Shown here: piece by piece, positions 25,861 to 35,482 of the stretch | Position numbering within the stretch: the stretch's first letter is position 1 | Layout: every line of letters starts with the position of its first letter | Assembly (NCBI GenBank): GCA_964631265.1 | Contig: CAZVWW010000002.1 | Coordinates: 1-62,498, forward strand | Reading direction: 5' to 3' | Origin: an uncultured Thermotogaceae bacterium | GTDB taxonomy: Bacteria; Thermotogota; Thermotogae; MWEM01 | DNA: 62,498 bases | Notes under the pieces: generated by a model | The model's database searches: none | Seen by the model: only the letters and a program-made list of their open reading frames with translations | Told to the model about the DNA's origin: nothing | Made by a program: the position numbers and the translations under genes

Positions 25861-25869
25861 CATCGTGAA
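25861..25869 (+). promoter_or_regulatory. Candidate extended -10 promoter (TGATATAAT) for the ferredoxin gene
   Basis: TGATATAAT at 25861-25869, 40 nt upstream of the ATG at 25909. RBS GGAGGTG at 25895-25901. Confidence 0.5.
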
Positions 25870-25908
25870 GATCATCAAACAAGACTGAGGATATGGAGGT
25901 GTGATTGA

Positions 25909-26091
<183 letters not shown>

Positions 26092-26137
26092 TCTCCCTGT
26101 GCGTTTTTTAAAATCCGATGGGTAAATATAATAACAA

Positions 26138-26165
26138 GGGCGACCTCGAGTCGCCTTTGTTTTTA
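26138..26165 (+). terminator. Rho-independent terminator after the ferredoxin gene
   Basis: GGCGAC-CTCGA-GTCGCC hairpin followed by TTTGTTTTT. Confidence 0.75.
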
Positions 26166-26221
26166 ATCTGTTAGTTAGCTTTACTAATTATCAAACATCA
26201 TACGACGAGGAGATGGTCTTA

Positions 26222-27652
26222 ATGCCGGAAAACAAATACAAGGAACTGAGTAAGCAATTGAGAAAGAAACCGGTCTCACCCTGGAAAGACCGTGAGGAGA
26301 GCGAGGTCCATGGCTTTTCGGACGGGTACAAGGAATATCTCTGGAATTCACCGACAGAGCGCAAATCGATCAACGAGGCGATACGCATCGCAGAAAATGC
26401 GGGCTTTGTGGATTTCGACGAATTTGTTAAAAATCCGCCCGATAACCCGGCCGGTTCAAAGGTTTATCTGAGAAACAGGGGAAAGGCTGTTGCCTTCTTC
26501 AAACTCGGGGATGATATCTCAAAGGGGATTAACATGGTTGCAGCTCATGTCGACTCACCGAGGATTGATTTTAAACCCTCCCCTCTGCATGAGGATATTT
26601 CCCTTGCCATGGCCCATACTCATTACTACGGGGGTGTCAAGAAGTATCAGTGGTTCAACATCCCCCTGGCGCTTGACGGGGTTGTGATCACAAAAGAAGG
26701 CAAGAAAGTGGCTATCAGCATCGGGTTTGACCGGGACGATCCCGTCTTTGTCATCTCTGACCTGCTGCCCCATCTGGACAGGAGAAAGGGCGACATATCC
26801 GAAGTCTTCAAAGCGGATACACTGAAGCTCCTTCTCGGAAGCAAGGCGATCACCTACAATGAAGACGAGGACGGAAAAGTCGAAGACCCCGTTCTCCTGA
26901 ACATCCTCAATCTCCTGAACGACCGATACGGCATCACGGAAGCCGATCTATTCTCCGCTGAGATCGAGATCGTTCCCGCAACGGAGCCGAGAGATGTCGG
27001 TTTGGACAGGAGCCTGATCGGTGGCTACGGCCACGACGACCGTGTCTGCTCTTATACGGCTCTTAGAGCCATCCTTGATATGGACTCACAGAACAAGACG
27101 GCCTGCACGCTGCTGATTGACAAAGAGGAGATCGGCAGTATGGGTAACACGGGCGCGAGATACCACTTCTGGAAAAAAGCGGTCTCCGTCCTGATTAAAC
27201 TCTACGGTCAGGATACGATGATAGAAGATGTGATGGAACGCTCCACGCTCCTGTCAGCAGATGTCTCCGCCGCCCTCAATCCGTCTTTTAAAGAGGTTCA
27301 CGAGGCTCAGAACGCTCCCAAAATCGGTATGGGCATCAGCATCCTCAAATACACGGGCGCCCGTGGGAAGGGTGGTTCGAACGACGCACACGCCGAGGTC
27401 CTCGGCTCACTGAGGAAACTCTTTGACGAAAAGAAGATACACTGGCAGAGCGGTCTGCTGGGAAAGGTCGATCAGGGTGGTGGCGGAACCGTGGCACTTT
27501 TCTTCGCCGAGCAGGGCATTTCGGTCGTGGATGCCGGCGTTCCCGTGCTGGGGATGCACTCCCCGTATGAGATCGTCAGCAAGGCCGATGTCTATGAGAC
27601 CTATATGTGTTACAAGGTCTTCTTCGAATCATTTGAAGACGTGATGAAGTAA
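26222..27652 (+). CDS. M18-family aminopeptidase (aminopeptidase 1-like)
   Basis: AAHVDSPRIDFKP, GYGHDDRVC and LGMHSPYE motifs of the M18/M42-like dinuclear aminopeptidases. ATG at 26222 is preferred over 26213 on RBS spacing. Confidence 0.85.
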   Translation: MPENKYKELSKQLRKKPVSPWKDREESEVHGFSDGYKEYLWNSPTERKSINEAIRIAENAGFVDFDEFVKNPPDNPAGSKVYLRNRGKAVAFFKLGDDISKGINMVAAHVDSPRIDFKPSPLHEDISLAMAHTHYYGGVKKYQWFNIPLALDGVVITKEGKKVAISIGFDRDDPVFVISDLLPHLDRRKGDISEVFKADTLKLLLGSKAITYNEDEDGKVEDPVLLNILNLLNDRYGITEADLFSAEIEIVPATEPRDVGLDRSLIGGYGHDDRVCSYTALRAILDMDSQNKTACTLLIDKEEIGSMGNTGARYHFWKKAVSVLIKLYGQDTMIEDVMERSTLLSADVSAALNPSFKEVHEAQNAPKIGMGISILKYTGARGKGGSNDAHAEVLGSLRKLFDEKKIHWQSGLLGKVDQGGGGTVALFFAEQGISVVDAGVPVLGMHSPYEIVSKADVYETYMCYKVFFESFEDVMK

Positions 27653-27659
27653 ACTTTCA

Positions 27660-27690
27660 GGGCCCGCGGATTAGATCGGGCCCTTTTCGT
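27660..27690. terminator. Bidirectional terminator between the convergent aminopeptidase and radical SAM genes
   Basis: GGGCCCG-CGGATTAGAT-CGGGCCC hairpin, flanked by a weakly A-rich stretch (AAACTTTCA) on one side and TTTTCGTTTT on the other. Confidence 0.75.
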
Positions 27691-27692
27691 TT

Positions 27693-29123
27693 TCACTTTC
27701 TTCTATACAACTCAAAGAGCGTGTTCTGATCCCCGTTTGCCAGCCGGTATTGCTCGACACTCTTTCTCAGGCTCTCGAATTTTGTCCGGGTCTTGCCCGA
27801 CAGGAGTTTTTGGATGAATTTCTTCTTTGCCTTGAGGCGTTTGATATCCTGCATCGCTGTTCCCTCAAGAGGGGTGCCCGGCTTAGGCACAAGCGGGTTA
27901 AAGCTCAGCGAAATCTGGTCAATCCCCAGCCGTTTTGTTTCGCGGAGGATCTTGAGCAGGTCCTTGAAGTCGTTCTCATCCTCGCCTTCGATCCCGTATA
28001 TGAAATACATCTTGACGCCATTGAAACCGGATCGGGCAATCTTCTCCAGCGCTGAGATGATGTCCTGTTCGGTCAGATCCTTGGCAAGGCTGTTGCGGAC
28101 CCGCTGGCTGGAGCCCTCAGGCGCAATGGTGATGACTTGTTGTCCGCTTCGTTTAAGGCCATTCAACAGCGATTGGGACAAAGAATCCAGTCTGAGCGAG
28201 GAGACCGAAAAGGCCATTTTCCGGTCTTCCAAGAGCTGCAATAACTCTGCTTTCCGGGGATGATCGGTGAAAGTGGCTGAGATGAGACCGACATCGTGGA
28301 TGCCCAGTTGTTGCTGGTCATTCAGAATCCCGGAGAATTGTTCAGGAGAAAGGAATCGGGCCGGGTTTCTCGTATGCCCGGCAACGCAAAAGGCACAGTT
28401 TCTGAGACAGCCCCGACCAATCTCTATCAGCGTCCTCTTGCCGAAGGCCCCTTTTTTGCTGATGAAAGGCGAGACTGATGGCGATTCGTCTATCGGGATG
28501 AATTTCTCGATACGGGTATTTTCTTTGTTCAAAGCCGGGATCGAGAGATTTTCACAGGTTGCGAGCCTGTCCAGCAGGATTTCTTTGTTGTCGTTTTTGT
28601 TGTACGCATCGCGGATGGTTCTGACGACGCTGCCGAGTTTGTTCTCCGCATCCCCATGAAAGAATAGATCCCCAATCGGCCAGAGGGGTTTTATGTTGAA
28701 GTAGGTCACCGGCCCGCCCATCATGATCAGCGGATGGTTTGAGGACCGATCGACTGCTCTTAAAGGAATCTTTTTGACATCGAGCATCTCCATTATGTTG
28801 GGATAATCCAGTTCAAACGAAACGGAGAAGGCCATGACGTTGAATTCATCAATTGGCCGGAGCGTATCCAATGAGTAATATTTTTTAAAGCTTTTATTAT
28901 AAAAGAACCGCTCGCAGACCACGCCTTCAATGCTGTTGATCAGCTGGTAAACCTTTAAAAAGCCGAGATTGGCAATCCCCACTTCATAAGCATTGGGAAA
29001 GATCAGGGCGATTTTCAGGTCGCTGTCTGTCAGACCTGTGTCGGTTAATCTGATTTCGGTGTCTTTCAGTCTTAAGACGGCGTTGTATTCTCTGAGGTCC
29101 TCGGTCCTTCTCGGTCTTCTCAA
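27693..29123 (-). CDS. Radical SAM protein with a B12-binding-like N-domain; uncharacterised family (TIGR03960-like by recollection)
   Basis: N-terminal KIALIFPNAYEVGIANLGFLKVYQLIN and cluster motif GRGCLRNCAFCVAG. TTG start 3 nt after the upstream stop. Confidence 0.75.
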   Translation of the reverse strand: MRRPRRTEDLREYNAVLRLKDTEIRLTDTGLTDSDLKIALIFPNAYEVGIANLGFLKVYQLINSIEGVVCERFFYNKSFKKYYSLDTLRPIDEFNVMAFSVSFELDYPNIMEMLDVKKIPLRAVDRSSNHPLIMMGGPVTYFNIKPLWPIGDLFFHGDAENKLGSVVRTIRDAYNKNDNKEILLDRLATCENLSIPALNKENTRIEKFIPIDESPSVSPFISKKGAFGKRTLIEIGRGCLRNCAFCVAGHTRNPARFLSPEQFSGILNDQQQLGIHDVGLISATFTDHPRKAELLQLLEDRKMAFSVSSLRLDSLSQSLLNGLKRSGQQVITIAPEGSSQRVRNSLAKDLTEQDIISALEKIARSGFNGVKMYFIYGIEGEDENDFKDLLKILRETKRLGIDQISLSFNPLVPKPGTPLEGTAMQDIKRLKAKKKFIQKLLSGKTRTKFESLRKSVEQYRLANGDQNTLFELYRRK

Positions 29124-29126
29124 CGT

Positions 29127-29549
29127 TTAGAACTTCTTAATCATCTTTGTTTCGGTCTTTCTCATGAGATAATCCCTGGAGATGATAACCCGTTCAAATT
29201 GACCCGAGGCAATCTTTTCCATCTCATCATAGGCATCGAACGAAAAAGTTATGTGATTACCCTCAACGGTGTCCACTTTCGTCCGCACCGTCACACGACT
29301 ATCGAGCGGTGTAATCCCAAGATGCCGAAAATCCGCCCTTACAACGGCGGCGATAATCTCATGACCGAATGCCTTGCTGAGCAGGTTGTTGCTGATCTTG
29401 AAGGCCTCTGTTATTAAAAAATGGCTTGAGAGGACCTCCGCGTCGCTCACAAGGTCATTTTCATCCCACAGCATATCCCCTTGAACTCTGAATTGCTGGG
29501 TCTCCTCCTTGCCCTCAAGAAATTGATAGGAATTTTGTACAACTGCCAT
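29127..29549 (-). CDS. Hotdog-fold thioesterase-like protein
   Basis: About 140 aa. Pattern LSSHFLITEAF...VRADFRHLGITPLDSRVTVRTKV...GNHITFSFDAY resembles the FlK/4HBT-like thioesterases. ATG at 29549 has RBS AGAGGAG. Confidence 0.5.
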   Translation of the reverse strand: MAVVQNSYQFLEGKEETQQFRVQGDMLWDENDLVSDAEVLSSHFLITEAFKISNNLLSKAFGHEIIAAVVRADFRHLGITPLDSRVTVRTKVDTVEGNHITFSFDAYDEMEKIASGQFERVIISRDYLMRKTETKMIKKF

Positions 29550-29600
29550 CGTTAACACTCCTCTTTGCTTAAATCTTAATAGAATTATTATTGTCTTGGT

Positions 29601-30272
29601 TTATCGTCTCGCGATCAAAATCATTCTCAACAACTGCAGAACCGCCATCAGAGTTGATGCCAGATAGGTCATGGCGGCGGCTGAGAGGACCTTTTTTGCC
29701 ATCGCCACATGGTTCTTATCCATCATCACCTGTTTTTCAAGCATCACCAGCCCTCTTTTACTGGCATCAAATTCAACGGGCAGGGTGACAAGTGAAAAGA
29801 TCACGACAGCTGTAAAGAGAAAGATCCCCGCATATAAGAGCGGCGGGGTTGACAGCAGCAGTCCCCCGAAGAAGATGATCCAGGCGAAGGATGATCCGAA
29901 CTGGGCAACCGGAACAAACGTGTTCCTTATCATCAGGGGGGCGTATTTCTCCTTGTGCTGGATGACATGCCCCAGTTCATGGGCTACAACACCGAGGCTG
30001 GCCACTGAACTGTCGTTGTACGTTGACTGGGAGAGTCTCACAACTCTCTTTTTTGGATCGTAATGATCACTGAGCTGTCCTTGTATATTCTCCACCGGGA
30101 TGTCATTGAGATTGTTGGAATCGAGCAACCTTCTGGCCAGTGATCGGCCGGTCATGCCGGTGGCTGAATCAACTCTTGAGTATTTTGCAAAGGTCGATTT
30201 GACCTTGGTCTGTGCCCAGAATGCAAATATGACACCCGGTATTAGTATAATTAAAGACGTGTAAAAAAACAT
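29601..30272 (-). CDS. Membrane zinc metallopeptidase, YugP-like (Zn_peptidase_2)
   Basis: HELGHVIQH zinc motif, an N-terminal TM helix and C-terminal TM helices. ATG at 30272 has RBS GAGGTGG. Confidence 0.8.
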   Translation of the reverse strand: MFFYTSLIILIPGVIFAFWAQTKVKSTFAKYSRVDSATGMTGRSLARRLLDSNNLNDIPVENIQGQLSDHYDPKKRVVRLSQSTYNDSSVASLGVVAHELGHVIQHKEKYAPLMIRNTFVPVAQFGSSFAWIIFFGGLLLSTPPLLYAGIFLFTAVVIFSLVTLPVEFDASKRGLVMLEKQVMMDKNHVAMAKKVLSAAAMTYLASTLMAVLQLLRMILIARR

Positions 30273-30294
30273 CAAAACCACCTCTGTCTGTGCT

Positions 30295-31632
30295 TTATTT
30301 GTTCAGGTACGTAATCAGTGTTTTAAGATGCTTGCTCCTGGTGGGGTGTCTCAGCTTCCTGAGCGCCTTCACCTCTATCTGCCGGACCCTCTCACGGGTG
30401 ACGTTCAGGTACTTGCCAACTTCCTCCAGGGTCTTTTGCCGGCCGTCTATCAAGCCGTATCGCATCTTTAATACGGTTGCCTCTCTCGGTCCGAGCGTGT
30501 TCAGAACCTCGTTGATCTCATCTCGGAGAAGCATCAGCATGGCAGAATCCTCGGGATTGATGGTCTCAATATCGGCCACGAAATCACCGACCGAGGAATC
30601 CTCATCCCCACCAACGGGGGATTCCAGCGAGAGGGTCTCTTTGTCAGCCTGCAGGATCTCCTCTATCTTATCCTCTGATTTTCCCGTCATTCTGGCGAGA
30701 AGCTTCGCCGGGGGATAGTCTCCGTGTTCCTGCAGATACTCCCGCCGTATCTTGTTGATCTTGTTAATCGTTTCGACCATGTGGACCGGTACCCGGATCG
30801 TCCTTGCCTGATCGGCAATGGCTCGTGTTATCGCCTGTCTGATCCACCAGGTTGCGTAGGTACTGAACTTATACCCTTTTTTCCAGTCGAATTTCTCGAC
30901 GGCTTTTAAGAGCCCGATATTTCCCTCCTGTATCAGATCCAGAAACGTCAGGCCCCTGCCCATATAGCGCTTGGCTATGCTGACCACAAGCCTCAGATTA
31001 GCCACCACCAGTTTTTGCTTTGACTTTTTATGGCCTCTCTGGGCCTTTCTGGCCAGGGTTCTTTCCTGTGTCGGTGTCAGCAGGGGAATCCTTCCGATCT
31101 CCTTAAGATACATCTTGACACCGTCTTTTGTATAGGAGGCGTTATCAAAGACAGACGGACCGGCGGCACTGATGATCTTCTCCATAATCTCCTCGCGGTT
31201 GGTTGAGATCTCCTCTTTTTCCGTGTCATCCGCCTCTGGTTCTGATTCTTTGATCTGTATCTGCTCTTTTTCAAGATTTTCATATATGGATTCAAGAAAA
31301 CTGCTGTCAAAACCGGTGTATTCCGGCGGTAAGGCCTTGTCAATATCCTCGTAGGTTATGTAGCCCTTCTCCTTACCCAGCTCAACAAGTTTTTTTAGTC
31401 TTTTTTCAACTTCTTTCGGGGTCAGCTGTTTCTTTTTCTTTGCCGTGCTCTTCTTTTTTCCGGTTGACGAGGCAGTTCGCTTACGTGTCCCTTTAGACGC
31501 TCTGGTCTTTTTACGTCCCGTCCCGGTAGAAGCTTTCTCTTCGGTCCGATCTGAGCGTTTTTCTTTTGCGGGCTTATCGCCCTTTGTTTTCTTTTCCTGC
31601 TCCTCTGATTTCTCAGGGTTGTTTACGCCCAT
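30295..31632 (-). CDS. rpoD: Primary RNA polymerase sigma factor RpoD, with a strongly basic N-terminal extension
   Basis: Regions 2-4 are recognisable ([37 protein letters not shown]). The first ~80 aa are Lys/Arg/Ser/Thr-rich. RBS GGAGG. Confidence 0.95.
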   Translation of the reverse strand: MGVNNPEKSEEQEKKTKGDKPAKEKRSDRTEEKASTGTGRKKTRASKGTRKRTASSTGKKKSTAKKKKQLTPKEVEKRLKKLVELGKEKGYITYEDIDKALPPEYTGFDSSFLESIYENLEKEQIQIKESEPEADDTEKEEISTNREEIMEKIISAAGPSVFDNASYTKDGVKMYLKEIGRIPLLTPTQERTLARKAQRGHKKSKQKLVVANLRLVVSIAKRYMGRGLTFLDLIQEGNIGLLKAVEKFDWKKGYKFSTYATWWIRQAITRAIADQARTIRVPVHMVETINKINKIRREYLQEHGDYPPAKLLARMTGKSEDKIEEILQADKETLSLESPVGGDEDSSVGDFVADIETINPEDSAMLMLLRDEINEVLNTLGPREATVLKMRYGLIDGRQKTLEEVGKYLNVTRERVRQIEVKALRKLRHPTRSKHLKTLITYLNK

Positions 31633-33388
31633 CTAACGGCCTCCTTTCAAAATTTGCCAATTGATTGATCTCTTTGGATAAACGCAGTCTTTCTGTCAAG
31701 AGCTTGGCCTTGGTCTGATCATCTTTCTCCTCTTTCATCTTCAAATCGATCTTCTTCAATTCTCTCTTCAGATGTCGCTTTCTCATCATCTTTTGACAAT
31801 CGGAGATAATCCTTGGGAAGTTTTCAGGAGAATCATACCTTCTAAATTGACGAAAGAATCTTTCAATTTTTTGTTTCTCGAAAAAATTGGGGAGATGTTC
31901 TGTTGAATCGTCGGGCTCGAAGTCAACCCTGACGGATTTAAAAAAACGCTGATAGTTTTCCATGGCTAAATCACCGTACTGTTCAAAGATTTCCTCGATA
32001 TCCTTTCGGGTGGTTGGATGAAATAGATACAGGATGAGGAGCTCATCTTCGGGATTGAGTTTTTCGCTTTGGATGTCATATTGAAAGCTGTTTCCGGTTC
32101 CGCCTCCGCGCGTCGCGGGATGCGACTGCCCGGTCTTGATACGGTTCCAGGACTCCATAAGCAATTTCTTGTCTATTCCGGTTAATTCCGAGAGTCTCCC
32201 GATGAGCTTTTCAAAGAGAGAAAGATTCTTCATCTTCCGGGCCCTTGCGAGGAGATAGCGACTCTCCTTTACAAAGCGGTCCTTTCCCATCTCCCTTGTG
32301 AGATCGTATTTTGTTTTGATGTGGTCAAGGATGTATTCCTCGATCGATACTGCCTTGAGTAACGATCTACGGAAGGCATCTATACCTTTTTTTCTTAAGA
32401 ATTCATCCGGATCTTTAGCGCCGCTGAGCTCGCAGACAAGCGCGTTTATTCCGTCTTTTAGTTGATTAAACGAACTGATAACGGCCTTTTTCCCGGCTTC
32501 ATCGGAATCAAAGACAAAGACAAATTTCCTTGTCAGGCTGGACAGTTTGTCAACATGCCTTTTTGTCAGGGCTGTCCCCATGACGGCAACGGTGTTTTTG
32601 ATCCCGTTAAGATGGAGTCTCAGTGCATCCATATACCCTTCGACAATGATAGCAAAATCCACCTGCCGTATCTGTTCCCCTGCCCGGTCCAGGAGGAAAA
32701 GGAGTTCACTCTTGTTGAAGAACTCAGATTGAGGGGAGTTGATGTATTTCGGTTGATCTTCGCCATCTTGTAGTGATCGGCCTGAAAAACCGAGCAGCCT
32801 GCCATAGCGGTCTTTTAAAGGGATGATGAGTCTCTCCGAGAACATATTCTTATCGTACCGGTTCATCATCCCGAGCTCTCTTAATCGCTCAACTGTCAGG
32901 CGTTCTTTCATTCGTAATGTGTCTGAGCGGGTTGACCATCCCAAGCCGTATTCCCTGCATCTGACGGGATCAAGATCGCGTTTCTTTTTGAGATAGTTCC
33001 ATGCCGGTGTGTTCTCTTTGAGATTGTTGACAAAGAGTTCGCCAATCTGCTTCATATCATCACTATAGCGTATAAGCTCCGGATTGGAATTGGCGGAAAA
33101 ATCAGGAGGTTGCATGCCGGCCTCATCAGCAAGTATTGTCAGAGCCTCTGAAAACGAACAGTTTTCCATTCCCTGAATAAATTCTATGGCATCACCGTTG
33201 GCACCGCAGCCGAAACAATGATAGGACTGGGTATTCTCGTAAATATAAAATGAAGGGGTTTTCTCATTGTGAAACGGGCAAAGCGCTTTGTAGTTTTTAC
33301 CCGATTTCTGTATGGAAACATAAGAAGAGATGACATCTGTTATATTAAGGGTTTTTTTTAATTCGCTAATATAATCTTTGAGTCCCAC
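31613..33388 (-). CDS. dnaG: DNA primase DnaG
   Basis: Zinc finger [11 protein letters not shown]...CFGCG and [14 protein letters not shown]...[11 protein letters not shown] start with RBS GAGGTG. The 3' end overlaps the rpoD start by 20 nt. Confidence 0.95.
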   Translation of the reverse strand: MGLKDYISELKKTLNITDVISSYVSIQKSGKNYKALCPFHNEKTPSFYIYENTQSYHCFGCGANGDAIEFIQGMENCSFSEALTILADEAGMQPPDFSANSNPELIRYSDDMKQIGELFVNNLKENTPAWNYLKKKRDLDPVRCREYGLGWSTRSDTLRMKERLTVERLRELGMMNRYDKNMFSERLIIPLKDRYGRLLGFSGRSLQDGEDQPKYINSPQSEFFNKSELLFLLDRAGEQIRQVDFAIIVEGYMDALRLHLNGIKNTVAVMGTALTKRHVDKLSSLTRKFVFVFDSDEAGKKAVISSFNQLKDGINALVCELSGAKDPDEFLRKKGIDAFRRSLLKAVSIEEYILDHIKTKYDLTREMGKDRFVKESRYLLARARKMKNLSLFEKLIGRLSELTGIDKKLLMESWNRIKTGQSHPATRGGGTGNSFQYDIQSEKLNPEDELLILYLFHPTTRKDIEEIFEQYGDLAMENYQRFFKSVRVDFEPDDSTEHLPNFFEKQKIERFFRQFRRYDSPENFPRIISDCQKMMRKRHLKRELKKIDLKMKEEKDDQTKAKLLTERLRLSKEINQLANFERRPLDGRKQP

Positions 33389-33474
33389 GAAACACCTCTA
33401 ACAGAGGAAATTTTGACAACAAACAAACTCAAAATACCTGTCGGCCAAACTGTTATACTTTATAGCACAGAAAA

Positions 33475-33505
33475 GGATGCAGAGCGCTTGAAACACTCTG
33501 TATCC
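33475..33505 (-). terminator. Terminator after rpsI
   Basis: GGATGCAGAG / CTCTGTATCC arms (one G-U pair) with a T-run on the minus-strand 3' side (plus strand AGAAAA at 33469-33474). Confidence 0.65.
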
Positions 33506-33532
33506 TTTATTATTTTGAAAATAACGCTTTTT

Positions 33533-33937
33533 TTAACGTTTGGAGAACTGTGGTGATTTTCTGGCTTTTCTCAAACCGTATTTCTTTCTTTCAACCATTC
33601 TTTCGTCTCGTCTGAGCAATCCGGCTGATTTCAAAGAGGATCTGAGATCATCGTTGTATTCAAGCAGGGCTCTGGAAATACCGAGCCTCATAGCACCGGC
33701 TTGACCGCTGAGTCCACCGCCCTGAACCTTGATCACCAGATCGAACTTGTCTTTTGTCCCGGTTACCATCAAGGGTGCCTCGGCATGTTTGACGAGGGTA
33801 TCCCGCATGAGATAGCCTTCGAGATCGTCAAATTTCCTTCCGTTGACCTTGACCTGTCCTTTTCCCGGCCTGATGTGTACTCTTGCGATTGCTCTCTTTC
33901 TTCTGCCAGTTCCATAGTAATCTATAAATTCCGCCAT
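33533..33937 (-). CDS. rpsI: 30S ribosomal protein S9
   Basis: [12 protein letters not shown] ... ends [11 protein letters not shown]. Confidence 0.97.
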   Translation of the reverse strand: MAEFIDYYGTGRRKRAIARVHIRPGKGQVKVNGRKFDDLEGYLMRDTLVKHAEAPLMVTGTKDKFDLVIKVQGGGLSGQAGAMRLGISRALLEYNDDLRSSLKSAGLLRRDERMVERKKYGLRKARKSPQFSKR

Positions 33938-33960
33938 TAATCATAACCTCCGTTTGACTG

Positions 33961-34398
33961 TCATACTTCGACCTTTTCAGGGTTCTGCGCTGCATGAGGA
34001 TGCTCACTGCCCGCATATACTTTGAGTTTCTTGTACATCTGTGTGCCAAGCCGGTTCTTGGGAAGCATTCTCTGAATGGCCAGTCGGACCACCCGTTCGG
34101 GATGCTTTTTGATCATTTCCTTGAAACCGATCTCTTTCATGTGTCCGGGATATTTTGAAAATCTTCTGTATATCTTCTTGTCCGCCTTCTTACCTGTAAG
34201 CTTCACCTTATCGGCATTGATAATGATAACATAATCACCGGAATCAACGTTCGGCGTGTATTGTGGATTTCTCTTACCGGATAAGACATTTGCCACCTGC
34301 GTTGCCATCCTGCCTAAAACCTGATCCTCAGCGTCAATTACGTACCACTTTTTTTCAACTTCCCCAGGTTTGAGGCGGAAACTCTTTTGATTCAACAT
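33961..34398 (-). CDS. rplM: 50S ribosomal protein L13
   Basis: KKWYVIDAEDQVLGRMATQVANVLSGK and YRRFSKYPGHMK motifs. Confidence 0.97.
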   Translation of the reverse strand: MLNQKSFRLKPGEVEKKWYVIDAEDQVLGRMATQVANVLSGKRNPQYTPNVDSGDYVIIINADKVKLTGKKADKKIYRRFSKYPGHMKEIGFKEMIKKHPERVVRLAIQRMLPKNRLGTQMYKKLKVYAGSEHPHAAQNPEKVEV

Positions 34399-34419
34399 AA
34401 GATAATTCCTCCTCTAGTC

Positions 34420-34698
34420 TTATTGTTTCTCAACAACATGTACATATTTTCTGTTGCGTTTCTTTTTGAAGGAAACGTGTCCTTCCTGCATGGCATAAAT
34501 GGTGTAATCTTTACCCATGCCGACGTTCTCGCCCGGGAAAATCTTGGTTCCCCTCTGTTTTAATATTATATTGCCTGGGATGACGAATGATCCGTCGCCT
34601 TTTTTAACGCCCAGGTATTTTGGATTACTATCTCTTCCGTTCTTTCCCCCACCCGTTTTCCTGTGGGCAAAAAGCTGTAAATCCATTCTGAGTTTCAT
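34420..34698 (-). CDS. rpmA: 50S ribosomal protein L27 precursor with a cleavable N-terminal extension
   Basis: [24 protein letters not shown]. The LQxFA motif precedes the conserved mature N-terminus AH(K/R)K..G...NGRDS. Confidence 0.95.
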   Translation of the reverse strand: MKLRMDLQLFAHRKTGGGKNGRDSNPKYLGVKKGDGSFVIPGNIILKQRGTKIFPGENVGMGKDYTIYAMQEGHVSFKKKRNRKYVHVVEKQ

Positions 34699-35009
34699 TC
34701 TTTCACCTCCACTTTTAAATAGTCGGAATACTCTTCTTCAATTGATTGAAGCGATCTGATAAGAGCCTTTATCATCATTTCAGATAACGCACTGGTATGC
34801 ATTAATTCCACAGACAGATACCCTTCTTCATCCTGCTCAACATGGGCCTCAACATCCAGATCTGAAACCAGTATTTCAGCTGTGTGAATCGTCAGGGCGC
34901 TCACCGATGCGCACACAATATCGTTTCCCCTGTCGGCATATCCCGAGTGCCCGCTGACCTTGAATCCTCTGAAACCTGATCTGTTGCGGTGAAAAAGGAC
35001 GCTGATCAT
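34695..35009 (-). CDS. prp: Ribosomal-processing cysteine protease Prp
   Basis: 104 aa between rplU and rpmA, with SGHSGYA and [10 protein letters not shown] (His/Cys dyad context). ATGA overlap with rpmA. Confidence 0.85.
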   Translation of the reverse strand: MISVLFHRNRSGFRGFKVSGHSGYADRGNDIVCASVSALTIHTAEILVSDLDVEAHVEQDEEGYLSVELMHTSALSEMMIKALIRSLQSIEEEYSDYLKVEVKE

Positions 35010-35321
35010 CTACTGTTCTATCTTGTCCACTTTAACAGACGTATACCATTGTTTGTGTCCTAACTCACGCCTGTACTGTTTTCTCCTGCGGAATTTAATG
35101 ACCTTGACCTTCTTGTCACGTACATTCTCGACAACCGTTCCGACTACTTTAGCGCCTTCAACATAGGGTTCACCAAACTTCATGTCATTATCATTCCTCA
35201 GCATGACGACCCTGTCAAACGTAATTTCCTTGCCGGGTTCAAGATCCGTCTTGTCAACGTAGATCATATTTCCCTCTTCAACCTTGTACTGCCGGCCGGA
35301 TGTTTCAATAATCGCGTACAT
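35010..35321 (-). CDS. rplU: 50S ribosomal protein L21
   Basis: MYAIIETSGRQYKVEEG ... FRRRKQYRRELGHKQ. Confidence 0.96.
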   Translation of the reverse strand: MYAIIETSGRQYKVEEGNMIYVDKTDLEPGKEITFDRVVMLRNDNDMKFGEPYVEGAKVVGTVVENVRDKKVKVIKFRRRKQYRRELGHKQWYTSVKVDKIEQ

Positions 35322-35414
35322 CTTTAACCTCCTTTTTCTGTATTCAAATTCGCTGATGCAGGTACTCTCTCAACAAGAGAGCTTTGACACCAACATCATG
35401 CCAAAATCCGGCAT

Positions 35415-35423
35415 ATTATATCA
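35415..35423 (-). promoter_or_regulatory. Candidate extended -10 promoter (TGATATAAT) for the rplU operon, giving a ~90-nt leader
   Basis: The reverse complement of 35415-35423 reads TGATATAAT. The leader contains hairpins ATGCC-GGATTTT-GGCAT and CTCTC-TTGTTGA-GAGAG before RBS AAGGAGG. Confidence 0.45.
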
Positions 35424-35482
35424 CACTTCATGCCGTTTTTCATATTTATGATGTAAAGGTTTTTTGAAATCCGTCTCTTTCC

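Noticed and set aside
25751-25908. Possible T-box leader upstream of valS
   Set aside because: Only ~37 nt lie between the candidate -10 element and the valS ATG. No T-box sequence (…GGTGGTACCGCG…) or specifier/terminator architecture is present on the minus strand.
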